Shown here: positions 49,001 through 57,936 of the stretch, piece by piece | Layout of the letters: every line of letters begins with the position of its first letter | How positions within the stretch are numbered: position 1 is the first letter of the stretch | Origin: a virus | IMG/VR virus record: IMGVR_UViG_3300037264_003220 | Span: 1 to 64,000 of that record | Strand: one strand, 5' to 3' | DNA length: 64,000 nt | Notes under the pieces: model-generated | Told to the model about the DNA's origin: nothing | Database searches by the model: none | Seen by the model: the letters and a program-made list of their open reading frames with translations, nothing else | Made by a program: the position numbers and the translations under genes

Positions 49001-49197
49001 AATAATAAAGATATGTCACTTAATTGACTGACTTGCTGAATCGTCCCAGTAGTTTCGACCGCTATTTTATTAAGCGCATCCGAATCTTCCTGAGATAAAT
49101 TGACAGTGCCTACTCTCGCCGATATTTCTCTGCCAGTTGTGCCGTCGGCATTATGAATATTGACATCGTTGCCGCCTGTTATTCCACCAAAACTCAT
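46087..49197 (-). CDS. Ser/Thr/Gln-rich coiled-coil fibre with about 30 [QE][VI]xQL[ST] repeats
   Basis: Repeats with about 14-aa period; GQK.M..SLPVV.A.DQ motif; beta-rich C-terminal domains. Confidence 0.75.
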   Translation of the reverse strand: MSFGGITGGNDVNIHNADGTTGREISARVGTVNLSQEDSDALNKIAVETTGTIQQVSQLSDISLLLTQEVGQLSDIQIRVSTEATQLSILQSLAGLSINVDSINLNTDELELLNRVSIATIADGFTQTFDKIKSTTESLQDGLTNIVVVANQQVAQLSQVETNQQDQTVLLSHEISQLSQIITNTGVADIDTRPILNQQVSQLSTIEFYGSQQISQLNDLNVSVVLEVSQLTTIGLYEYEQVAQLTSIDGRLSTVVTQLTTIELYESQQVGQLTQVQNKQDAQTTLLVQEVGQLSQIIANTGVSQVDIRPYLAQEITQLSTLELYGAQQVGQLSNLEVSVSLEVAQLTTIGIYEAQQVSQLTSIDARLSNVVTQMTTLELYGSQEISQLSQIMTNTGSPSIDTRPYLSQEITQLSTLQLYGAQEVSQLSQLLTTPDSDVYLMVQQVNQLTNLNLAVALEVSQLTTVNTTLVQEVAQLSTLNTSSDNQVSLLAQEVSQLSQIISNTGFESAENILVSQQITQLSNLNMAVSVEVGQLTTIQLYESQQVAQLSTLNTSVATASAQAAQIVLSSQEVTELSNLNAAVVLEITQLTTINTTLAQEVAQLSTLNSSNSQQVVNGLTANVLMSQEITQLSNLNAAVALEVSQLTTIQLYESQQVSQLTTIVSSAVIGLTNGQKAMSGSLPVVVAADQTAIPENLTLVNGLTLSALNYLPVRVTDGVGYMEGIVRNNNRYLAVGITQDVETSQSNNSTANLAAGATFTGAGETTVGISGIQINFIASQDCTIQVQQSTDNVNWDIVDSFTPRAGIGDGRTFQAVCLYFRILVTNNGAIATTYLRLLTALCPVVEALPRALTQAGSLKVALQGTSEQVTYSASAPSIASAATATDVFTIYGSATKTIRIMRIAISGSQTTQSIEDVRLIKRSAVNTGGTSALQTAVSHDSTDAAATATVRSYTANPTGLGAAVGTTASYRMMIPAVAPGSSGATTSPPYDLFLALKPDKAITLRGAGEGVAVNFNGVTVTGGNFSYVVEWVEEV

Positions 49198-50471
49198 ACG
49201 GTTCCTCCATTTGCATAAATCTGCAAATTCGTCGTCACTGTAGTTGTGACGTATATTTTTTCCGCGTTCTGCCAATTAAAATCAAATTGACCCTTAAACA
49301 CGGGAATCGGCGTACTCAATGTTGAATTAAATTTCACAGATACTGGCTGCGACACCGACAAATAAACATCCTGCATCCGTGCGCCAAAATCATAAAGAAC
49401 GTCCGTTAATCCAGCTGCCTGAGTCGCCTCATTTACATAATACTTTCCATGAGGCGAAGCGATAGTGACACTAACAGAAAGCCCTTCCAAAGTTTGCAGG
49501 ACGCTCAACTGCGTCACTTCTTGATTTAACGTCGTTGAACTAAAGTTGAAACACAGTCCCTGCAAATCTTGAAGGATGCTCAACTGCGTCACTTCCTGAG
49601 CCAAAGAAGGAGCGTCAAAATTGATGCACAATCCTTCCAACTCTTGAAGAATACTCAGTTGCGTCGTTTCTTGAGCCAATGCCGGAGAGTCAAATGTCAA
49701 TCCTTGCAGCTGGCTTAAAATACTAAGCTGAGTGACCTCAGTTGAAACACGAATTTGAATATCTGAAAGTTGAGTCACTTCTTGAGATAAAAGACTCTCA
49801 ACGCTTAAAGACTGTTGACGAATAAGACTCTCCAATGTGCTCAACTGCGTCACTTCCTGGGCGACCAAAGTAATAATATTGGTCAACCCTTCGAGCAGCT
49901 CAAGCTTCATGTCAGTCAATCCGTCTTGAATGGAGATAGTGGACGATTGCATGGTCGCCAACATGAGCGTTATTCCATCGGCAACCGTGGCAGTGTTAAG
50001 CCTCATCAATAATTCAAGCTCGTCCGTGTTGACATCAATCTTCCCAATATTGATGCACAGCCCGTTTAAGGCACTTATAATGTTTGTCATGCCTTCGCTA
50101 TTGGAAACAATCAGCTTATCCAAAAGCGCAATTTGTGTAAGCTGGCTAGATTCCTGAGCCAACGTCGGACTTTCAACGCTCAGGCTCCACATCCCATCCG
50201 CATTTGGTAATGCTTCAAGGTCATGCTTTAACCCTTGAGTGTCAATTCCCTGAATAATAACTTTGCCAATGGTGATTGGCGGCAGCGAAATTTCCGTATT
50301 AACCGTCAGCGCGTATTGGTCTGTGGTTCCGTCGACCAACGCAACTTGCAGCGGGACAATCACTCCATCAGAGCGCTGCCCCGCCAATACAGAAACCCAT
50401 TCCGAGTCTGCGCTCCTCGGAAAGTGTTTCTTATTGAGATTCGGATGCCATTCAGGGAATGTTTCTGACAA
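49194..50471 (-). CDS. Second QEVTQLS-repeat virion protein
   Basis: Shares NTDELELL and LSDIQIRVSTE segments with 46087-49197; about 25-aa tandem repeats. Confidence 0.75.
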   Translation of the reverse strand: MSETFPEWHPNLNKKHFPRSADSEWVSVLAGQRSDGVIVPLQVALVDGTTDQYALTVNTEISLPPITIGKVIIQGIDTQGLKHDLEALPNADGMWSLSVESPTLAQESSQLTQIALLDKLIVSNSEGMTNIISALNGLCINIGKIDVNTDELELLMRLNTATVADGITLMLATMQSSTISIQDGLTDMKLELLEGLTNIITLVAQEVTQLSTLESLIRQQSLSVESLLSQEVTQLSDIQIRVSTEVTQLSILSQLQGLTFDSPALAQETTQLSILQELEGLCINFDAPSLAQEVTQLSILQDLQGLCFNFSSTTLNQEVTQLSVLQTLEGLSVSVTIASPHGKYYVNEATQAAGLTDVLYDFGARMQDVYLSVSQPVSVKFNSTLSTPIPVFKGQFDFNWQNAEKIYVTTTVTTNLQIYANGGTV

Positions 50472-50472
50472 T

Positions 50473-52932
50473 TTAGGCTACTCCTGCTGGTTCAAGTTTT
50501 TGCTGTTGAATCTTTTGAAGCATGGCGTCAGTAGCCTTCAAGTTATCTTCGATTTTTTTAACATGAGACGAATGGCTATTGGAACTAATAGCTTCTTTGG
50601 CTTTCACAAAAGCGTCTTTCGCTTCCACGTATTTACCTTTGTTGAAAAGAATGACTCCGATATCGTTCCAGGCTCCCCACAGTTTCGGGTCAAGCTCCAC
50701 CGTCTTTTGATACAACACAAAAGCTTCGTCATATTTTTTGTTGTGATAAAGATGAATCGCGCGAATAAAATAAGGACGTGGGTCTTTGGGAGTCAGTTCA
50801 CACTGGCGCTCCGCCAAAGCGTAATACCAGTCATGCTTGGCTGTCAAAGAATGCTTCTCTTTCAAATATCCGAAGTGGTAAAGAGGAACCTGCGTTCGCA
50901 CTATGTTTACCTTTCTTGATTTCCCCATCTCAGCCAAGCTATCGTCAATGTCCTCATGAACGAGCCGCGTGTAAAATATGCGCGGGTCATTCACGAACAT
51001 GCGTAGCGTCTCTGACAAAACCCAATTGGCATCCCACCCATTCTCGAATGGATTGGCTTGGTAATTCCGAATCGGAACCAAATAAGCGTCGACGTTCTCT
51101 ACTTGCGCCAATTTCCATACATTTAAAAGATGGTCTTTAGGCACGATTTCGTCTGCATCAAGCCTCAAAATCCATGGTTTTGTACAGGCTCTTATGGCAG
51201 CGTTCCGTGGCTCTGAAAAGCCCTTAGACGGGATATCCCATGGAAACTCGACAACGCGGGCGCCCAGAGACTTGGCAATTTCTATGGTCTTATCCGTGCT
51301 GCCTGTGTCGCACACCACAACCTCATCTACAATAGGCAGGGCGCTTTGAATTGCCTGCGCTATGTTCTTTTCCTCATTCTTAGCCATGATAGATAGACTG
51401 ATTTGGTTATAGCGAGGCAGTTTAGACCGCCAATCCTTAAATTTCGTTATTTCGTCAGCCAAACGCTTTTCTTCTTCTTCGGCTCGTTTAGCTTTCACCT
51501 CTGGGGACTCAACCAAGTTCTCCGGCTTCTCCAAATGGTCAGGAGTGAAATATGTGTCAGCCCAGAGCTTATAGCCTGCGCACATCGCACGCACACAGAA
51601 ATCCCTGTCTTCGCCGCGAACGTTGCTGGGGAGGTTTTGAACGCGGCTGTATCCAACGCCACGGCTGATAGGCTCTCTGCCAATCAAGGTGCAGGCGCCG
51701 AGACCTCCAACAGGATACGTCCCAGGGCGTTTTAACATGGATAGGAACTCAGCATTGATTTCATACCCGCCACGAATCCACACATTGGGGAGTGGCTGCG
51801 CATCTTTATGTCCCCAAGTTGCCCAAAATACTTCGGACACGATAGGGCGCTCCAGACCAACCAAATGCTTAAGCAAGCGCGGGTGTTTCATCACGATATC
51901 CGAATCCACCATGAACACGGCTTCGGATTGGAATCTATCTAAAGAGCCAAGCACGCGATTACGCATGAAAGCCATATTCGCCAGCTTCTGGTCTTCCCAG
52001 GAATGCTCTTTATCGCTGGCGTTCCCAAAATTAATGGTCTCTATTTCAACAAGCTTGTAAACCTTGTCTTTGCTCTCTGCCCACTTCTTCAATATCTCAA
52101 ACGTGCCATCCTGAGAGTCATTGACGATAAAATAGAAGCTCAATTTTTCCTTTGGGTAATCCAGCAAGTCCATCCCAGCCAAAAATTTATCAATGACCCA
52201 TTCACGGTTGCGAACCAATGAAGCCACGACAATGTTGGGCCATTCAATTTCATTTCTGAATGGCTTTAATTGAGCTGGCTTAAATATGCTATGGGCGTGC
52301 TCAAGATTGATGCCAGTCGCTCTCTGCAAGTAAAACTCATATTTACGTTCTTTATCTTTATCGTCAGCCCATCCCCAATGATTCAAAAACAAATCAGAGC
52401 GAGCCATGCCGCGCATTGATTGAGACACGTAAGACGGCACGCACCCGCAATGAATGTTGCCAGCGTACCCAAATGGTTTATCCTGATAACGGAACAAACG
52501 CGTAATCAGAGGACTCCAATAGCCATCTGTGCGATATTCGGTTTCATTCCACATGTCCAATAAGCGAACCGAGTACCAGTCATATTCCGTGGTCTTGATA
52601 AGCTCAGGCAATTCTTTAATAAAGCTGTCACTGAAGGTTTCATCGGCATCCTGACTGATTATCCAATCACCGTCTTTGGCGAAGCTTTTAGTCATCTCCC
52701 ATTGCGTATTGCGTAGTTTGGATTCGTCTATTCCAAACATGGATTGCTCATATTGAGACGTGAAAAATTTGACCTTGGGATACGACCGACACAATGATTC
52801 AGTCTTCCCGCCGTCATCGCTCTTGTCATCTAAAACAAGAATCAGGTCGGCAAACGCTGACGCGTTGTCAAGCATCCGCTTCAAATATCTCTCGCTTTCA
52901 TTTCTTACCAACAGTTGAACTATGACACTCAT
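50473..52932 (-). CDS. Triple GT-A (GT2-like) glycosyltransferase with C-terminal TPRs
   Basis: Domain 1 RNE...LDD.SDD...DADE; domain 2 VDSD...GLGACTL...GED; domain 3 KNEE...DTGSTD...FS..RN...LDADE...VHE...H.GY (SunS/GmaR-like); TPRs. Confidence 0.9.
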   Translation of the reverse strand: MSVIVQLLVRNESERYLKRMLDNASAFADLILVLDDKSDDGGKTESLCRSYPKVKFFTSQYEQSMFGIDESKLRNTQWEMTKSFAKDGDWIISQDADETFSDSFIKELPELIKTTEYDWYSVRLLDMWNETEYRTDGYWSPLITRLFRYQDKPFGYAGNIHCGCVPSYVSQSMRGMARSDLFLNHWGWADDKDKERKYEFYLQRATGINLEHAHSIFKPAQLKPFRNEIEWPNIVVASLVRNREWVIDKFLAGMDLLDYPKEKLSFYFIVNDSQDGTFEILKKWAESKDKVYKLVEIETINFGNASDKEHSWEDQKLANMAFMRNRVLGSLDRFQSEAVFMVDSDIVMKHPRLLKHLVGLERPIVSEVFWATWGHKDAQPLPNVWIRGGYEINAEFLSMLKRPGTYPVGGLGACTLIGREPISRGVGYSRVQNLPSNVRGEDRDFCVRAMCAGYKLWADTYFTPDHLEKPENLVESPEVKAKRAEEEEKRLADEITKFKDWRSKLPRYNQISLSIMAKNEEKNIAQAIQSALPIVDEVVVCDTGSTDKTIEIAKSLGARVVEFPWDIPSKGFSEPRNAAIRACTKPWILRLDADEIVPKDHLLNVWKLAQVENVDAYLVPIRNYQANPFENGWDANWVLSETLRMFVNDPRIFYTRLVHEDIDDSLAEMGKSRKVNIVRTQVPLYHFGYLKEKHSLTAKHDWYYALAERQCELTPKDPRPYFIRAIHLYHNKKYDEAFVLYQKTVELDPKLWGAWNDIGVILFNKGKYVEAKDAFVKAKEAISSNSHSSHVKKIEDNLKATDAMLQKIQQQKLEPAGVA

Positions 52933-53642
52933 TTTAAGTCTCCTTTCATTTTTTCGATTTTCAATTCCTCTAATATCACTGACGTGGTTACTGATTTGGC
53001 ATGTTCCAAATCAAAACCAACTGCTCTACCGTCGAGATAAAATTTTTGTTTAGCCAGTCTCTTGGCTTCGTCCGCCCAGCCCCAATGAATAATTTTCACG
53101 TCACGTCGCTCTATGCCATTGTGACTTTGCAAGATGTATTGCGGCAACAATGGAATATGATTAACGCCAGCGGGCAAATTTGCTGGTTCATCTTGATATC
53201 TAAAAAATATCTCTTTGACCGGAGACCACATGCCGTCCACGCGAAAATGTGTTGGCGACCACATGTCTAAAATTCTGAATCTATACCAGTCATAAATTCC
53301 TTTGGTTAGGTCGTCGACGACCTGAGCAAATGATTTATCCATTTCTTCGTCGGCGTCAAGAACGAGAATCCAGTCGCCCTTCTTCGCCACTTCACGAACT
53401 TTCTCCCATTGGACTTCACGCAACTTCGGTTCATTGATAGGGTACATGGACACATCAAACGAGGATTCATGAAAAATAACTTTTGGGTATGATTTAAAGA
53501 GAAACTTTGTCGCGCCTCCGTCGTTGCTTTTATCATCCAGTACCACAAAAGAATCAACAATGTCTCGAACGGATTCCAACACTCGCTCAATATAAGGCGA
53601 ATGGGCTTCGTTCTTCACTATCATAGTGGCTATAATCGACAT
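52929..53642 (-). CDS. GT2-like glycosyltransferase (paralog of domain 1 of 50473-52932)
   Basis: KNE...LDDKSND...LDADE...DMW...RVDG.W...HWGW. Confidence 0.88.
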   Translation of the reverse strand: MSIIATMIVKNEAHSPYIERVLESVRDIVDSFVVLDDKSNDGGATKFLFKSYPKVIFHESSFDVSMYPINEPKLREVQWEKVREVAKKGDWILVLDADEEMDKSFAQVVDDLTKGIYDWYRFRILDMWSPTHFRVDGMWSPVKEIFFRYQDEPANLPAGVNHIPLLPQYILQSHNGIERRDVKIIHWGWADEAKRLAKQKFYLDGRAVGFDLEHAKSVTTSVILEELKIEKMKGDLK

Positions 53643-54272
53643 TTATTTCTCCACGGCAAAAGCATAAACCGCTAATTGGTCAACGTGGCAATCAACATCA
53701 TATTCGCGGCTACGCAAAACATCCACTGGCATGACGGGATTGACGCCAAGGTTCTTGGCGAACCTGACAAAGTTATCCAACGAAAAATCATACGGACTTG
53801 GTTCGATGCTGACATCCACAGTCAAATAGAATTTTCCACCAGGTTTTATCACTCTCATACATTCATTAAATGGAATCATGGGGTCGTCGCCAACATGCTC
53901 CAAAACGCTGATACAAAATGCAGCATCAAAACTGCAATCTTGGAACGGCATTTTTCTTATGTCGGCAACGCACGCAGAAAGGTTGGCAATCTCTTTCTCG
54001 TGCACGACCACGGCTGAGTCAATATCCACGTTAATGACTTGCTTGGCTTTTTTGCACAGGTACTTTTGAAGCACGGAATGTCCGGCGCCAGCATCAAGAA
54101 CTTTATGAGTTTCATTCAACCAATTACTTTGAATAATCGCCCAAGGATATTCGACTTGTCTACTCCATGCTAAGCGACCATGATTTAAAATTTCTAAATC
54201 AGATTTAATTTTTATGAAATCTGGGTCACTCAACCACGTTTTCAACATAAATCCATGATTCATTATTTTCAT
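53643..54272 (-). CDS. Class I SAM-dependent methyltransferase
   Basis: VLDAGAG, VDID, ADIRKMPF...SFD...ISVLEH, RV.KPGG. Confidence 0.9.
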   Translation of the reverse strand: MKIMNHGFMLKTWLSDPDFIKIKSDLEILNHGRLAWSRQVEYPWAIIQSNWLNETHKVLDAGAGHSVLQKYLCKKAKQVINVDIDSAVVVHEKEIANLSACVADIRKMPFQDCSFDAAFCISVLEHVGDDPMIPFNECMRVIKPGGKFYLTVDVSIEPSPYDFSLDNFVRFAKNLGVNPVMPVDVLRSREYDVDCHVDQLAVYAFAVEK

Positions 54273-55024
54273 TTGCTTAACCTTTTAATGAGACAATCAC
54301 GAAAATTTGACTTATTTAGCTCGTGTTCCCAAATAACCTTACAATTAAACCCATATCGTTTAAATGCTGCCACTCTTTGTTGACGATTATTTTTTATCCC
54401 GCCAACTCCGCCATTGGGATAACATTTTTGACAACCATGCCAATAACAACCAAAAAGCTCAACGACTTCTTTCTTCCCATTTACATTGACGAAATCTGGA
54501 TTCATCCATCCAACGGTAAAGCTACCATCGCCGACATATTTATATGGCAAATTGGCGTCGTCAATAATTTTTTGCAATTCTAGTTCCGTCTTATTCGGCT
54601 TCATAGAAAACTTGCCATCATTCATCATTTGCGCCGCCACTTCTCTATGAAGCTTCATCATGGTTTTACTTTTATGAAACTTTTTCATTTTCAAAAGTTC
54701 TTCTTTTGTATGCTTGCGACCAAAGGTCGGACTTTTACTGCCAGACAAGCCATACATAGGGTTATTTTTTCCAATTTTCAATTCAGAGATTCTTTTCAAT
54801 CGAGAATCTGTTTCTTTAGTAAGACCATAATTCCACAATTTTTTCCCATAAGACGGATTATCTTTCCCGAACATCACATGCTTATTTTTTCTCATGCGTT
54901 CTTTCGTTGCTTCACTGTGCTTCTTCCCATAAAAAGAATTATCAGCGCCCATCCTTGAAACAGAAATACGCTTCATGCCAGGATGTAAATCCTTTGTAAT
55001 TCCTTTATTCCAAGCTATTCGCAT
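54269..55024 (-). CDS. NUMOD3 Vsr/DUF559-like homing endonuclease
   Basis: WNKG.TK, N.FYGKKHSE, PNKTE, PDFVNVNGKKEVVELFGCYWH, IWEHE. Confidence 0.88.
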   Translation of the reverse strand: MRIAWNKGITKDLHPGMKRISVSRMGADNSFYGKKHSEATKERMRKNKHVMFGKDNPSYGKKLWNYGLTKETDSRLKRISELKIGKNNPMYGLSGSKSPTFGRKHTKEELLKMKKFHKSKTMMKLHREVAAQMMNDGKFSMKPNKTELELQKIIDDANLPYKYVGDGSFTVGWMNPDFVNVNGKKEVVELFGCYWHGCQKCYPNGGVGGIKNNRQQRVAAFKRYGFNCKVIWEHELNKSNFRDCLIKRLSK

Positions 55025-55027
55025 TAT

Positions 55028-55912
55028 TTATTCTATGACGTTAAGCTCGTGCGCCCAGAATGCGCCTTCTTTCCCGTCATTCCACTTTATCGCGAAAGAG
55101 CCATCCTTGTTTTTCTTCTGAACTGTCCCAATGGCGTTTCCTTTGGCAACTTTAGCAAGACGAGTCACGGGCTTATATCCTTCTTCTTTTGGAACGGAGA
55201 ATGAGGCTTTCTTTTCCATCTGCGGAACACTGAGAACGCTCAAAACGGCGCTCGCGATACGCAAAGACGTTTCCCGCTTCTTATTTGTTTCAATGAATTC
55301 ATCCAAAGATGTTTTGTCTGAAACAGCGCCAAACTTTTTGAAAGAACAAAATTCTTTCGCATTGGCTTTGAGATAAAACGGACACGGCTCGTCTCCGCTT
55401 GTTCCCCTGCACGCTTTCACTTCAATCTTACTGGTGTCGATAGGACAGGTAACGCATTCAGCTTTCAACTCAGCAAACACTTCAATCCCTGGTCTGGCTT
55501 TCTGGGCATTCTCAATTTGCACAAGAGAGAATCCGGCTTCCCAATCCAAGTCAAGAATCTTCGCTTTGCGATTACCATATTTCTTGGCAATGTATGCCAA
55601 AACTTCCTTACCAATAACATTCGCGTCCCATTTGGTATTATTGGCATCTTTCAAATCCCACTGCGCAGCTACAAACAACGAATCGTCCTGCGACGAATAA
55701 TGAGACCATTGTTCAGTCACCTTCCCAGCATCGACCGCCATGTATTCCTGCGGCTCATTCTGAGGTCTGGCTTCCCATATGGTTTTTGCCGTATTCCACT
55801 TCCATGTTTTACCAGCCCCAGCATCGGTCATCGGTTTTGGAACGGCTGGCTTATCTGCCACCCTTGTGTGTCTTTGCTCCTTTATTTGTTGGAGCCTATC
55901 TTTAATATTCAT
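55028..55912 (-). CDS. Hypothetical head-associated protein
   Basis: 294 aa, GGAGGAGG RBS, Cys cluster, SH3-like C-terminus. Confidence 0.65.
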   Translation of the reverse strand: MNIKDRLQQIKEQRHTRVADKPAVPKPMTDAGAGKTWKWNTAKTIWEARPQNEPQEYMAVDAGKVTEQWSHYSSQDDSLFVAAQWDLKDANNTKWDANVIGKEVLAYIAKKYGNRKAKILDLDWEAGFSLVQIENAQKARPGIEVFAELKAECVTCPIDTSKIEVKACRGTSGDEPCPFYLKANAKEFCSFKKFGAVSDKTSLDEFIETNKKRETSLRIASAVLSVLSVPQMEKKASFSVPKEEGYKPVTRLAKVAKGNAIGTVQKKNKDGSFAIKWNDGKEGAFWAHELNVIE

Positions 55913-55953
55913 TGTGTGTTCCTCCTCCTCGATTTAAAACTACGATACGACGA

Positions 55954-57936
55954 TTACTTTGGTTTTTTAACGCAAAGCGACCGCCGATTCATGTAATCTT
56001 CAACTTCGAACATTTCATCAGTCATTGGGTCTTTCACTGTCGGTTCTCTGAAAAAAACCATTACCTGCCATCTATTGAGCGGCTGCACAAATATTGCCAT
56101 GGCTTTATAAAACGGGACGCATTTTGAGCCGTCGTCATTTAATAAATGCCCATTCAAATCAGGCTGGCTCTCAGAAGGAACCCCATCGGGTAAGACGGGA
56201 CGGCTGGTAGATTTTTGTTCAGGGGCTTTCTTTTGCGGCGCCTTTTCTTCTGATTGCTCTTGAGAATATTCGCTTTGCGGAGTCGAGATTTTGGTTTGTT
56301 TAAATCTTTCATTGGCTACTCCTGTAATCACCCCAGAAGCGTCGTCAATCATCTCTTGCGCGTTCTCATAAATGGCAGTCAGTGACGTTCTGAAATCAAT
56401 CAAATTATCCGCTATTTCTTCAGGGTCGACTATTTGCAAACTGCCGTCGGACGTGTCATTGTCGACAGCCCAAAACAAACGCCCATCAGCTGAATCTATG
56501 TGACCAACGGCTCGATACAATCCTAAGCCAGGCTTATACTCATCCCAATCTATAACGATTTCATTGGGGCTAAAAAATCCAGACGCCTCGCGAATGCCGT
56601 AATCCATCCTGGTCATCAACCCTTTGCTTTCAAGAGCGCTTTCTTCGTAATAACGCCAATCCAAATCTTTCAAAACTTCATCATCGGTTTTGCGACGCAC
56701 GAATTCGATTTCATTGGGATGAACTTCAAAAATGGTTTGACCATTTATCGGAGTCTCCCATCGAACCACGATATCAACATCCGCTTCATGGTGCATTTTA
56801 GAAATCGCAATGACCTCGCCCTGAGTCTTCGTGTTGATATCTTTGACGATATCGCCAACGCTTAAGGTCAAGGTCTTGTCTATTTCAGAGCCAAGCTTCA
56901 TCAAAGAATAATTCCCGTATCCATCCTGAACAAAGGTTCCTTTGCGCAGGAAGCTAAACAAGGAATCCATGGGGTATTTTTGATGAGACTGGCGCAGTAG
57001 CTCGGCTAAATAAGGGGTGATACGCTGGATAAAGATGGGCTGCTGGAGCGGAGAGACTTCGCCATGACTCAAGGTCACGGCTTTGATGGCTGCCAATTCT
57101 TTCTTGTCTCTCACGAGCGGCAGAATATTGTCGATTGAAAATGAAACGCTATTTGCCGTAATCTTGAACTCGCGCCGAAGCCACGGATTATAAACGGCTC
57201 GCACGAACATAGGAGACACGGAAGCGACAGGCGTATAGAAATTCACATCACTCCCAGCGTCACCTGGTACGTCTTCAACAAGATTCTTGGGCACGCGCAT
57301 AACTGCAATTTGGTAGCCCTTATGATTCGAGGCAATACTGAGAGAATCCGATAGTGTTTCATCGGCTTTTAACCCTGTCATGGTCGGGTCTGTGAATCTG
57401 TCCACGGCGGCGTAGAGCGTCAAAAAAGATTGAGCTGACGACTTATAAGAAATCCCCAAATACTGCTCCACCAAAGACCAGGCAGCGTCAATCTTGCCCT
57501 GGTCAATCAATTTTTTGAATTGAGCAATATCTTCCTCGTCAGCCTGCTGTAAAAACTTGGCTGTTTCCATGACTCCCATCCATCCAGGATAAAACACGGA
57601 ACGGCGCCGTAGCCGAGATTGAACAGTTCCTTCCGGCTTGCTTACGGATACGATACAGGCTGGGTCTATGATTTTCTTGGCATAGATTCCCAGAGGTTCA
57701 ATGATTGTCACAGCGTCTTTAGGAACATCCAACTCGACTACGGCAGGCTTTCCGAGCATGGCGTCTGGGAAAGCCAGTTTAAAATCATCACTGACGTTTG
57801 ATTGAATCAACGCAAATGAAAGAGCTTCGTCAAACGAATCTGTTAAAAAGGCGGGCTGCTTGTTTGACCAATCCCAAATTCCAATTTTCGCCACTTTGCT
57901 GGCTATAATGTCCGTCGTTCCGTAAAAGAGTTTCAT
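55954..57936 (-). CDS. Multidomain protein with ADP-ribosyltransferase-fold (KptA/Tpt1-like) domains
   Basis: LFYGT...G....AFLT...A..FA...PAVVELDV...I.P..I; second degenerate copy TLYAAV...; SH3-like VGD.V...GEV...VRW. Confidence 0.55.
   Translation of the reverse strand: MKLFYGTTDIIASKVAKIGIWDWSNKQPAFLTDSFDEALSFALIQSNVSDDFKLAFPDAMLGKPAVVELDVPKDAVTIIEPLGIYAKKIIDPACIVSVSKPEGTVQSRLRRRSVFYPGWMGVMETAKFLQQADEEDIAQFKKLIDQGKIDAAWSLVEQYLGISYKSSAQSFLTLYAAVDRFTDPTMTGLKADETLSDSLSIASNHKGYQIAVMRVPKNLVEDVPGDAGSDVNFYTPVASVSPMFVRAVYNPWLRREFKITANSVSFSIDNILPLVRDKKELAAIKAVTLSHGEVSPLQQPIFIQRITPYLAELLRQSHQKYPMDSLFSFLRKGTFVQDGYGNYSLMKLGSEIDKTLTLSVGDIVKDINTKTQGEVIAISKMHHEADVDIVVRWETPINGQTIFEVHPNEIEFVRRKTDDEVLKDLDWRYYEESALESKGLMTRMDYGIREASGFFSPNEIVIDWDEYKPGLGLYRAVGHIDSADGRLFWAVDNDTSDGSLQIVDPEEIADNLIDFRTSLTAIYENAQEMIDDASGVITGVANERFKQTKISTPQSEYSQEQSEEKAPQKKAPEQKSTSRPVLPDGVPSESQPDLNGHLLNDDGSKCVPFYKAMAIFVQPLNRWQVMVFFREPTVKDPMTDEMFEVEDYMNRRSLCVKKPK

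Noticed and set aside
50473-54272. DNA hypermodification cluster
   Set aside because: No adjacent base hydroxylase, thymidylate-synthase-like or kinase genes; location among structural genes and the TPRs favour protein substrates (not formally excluded)
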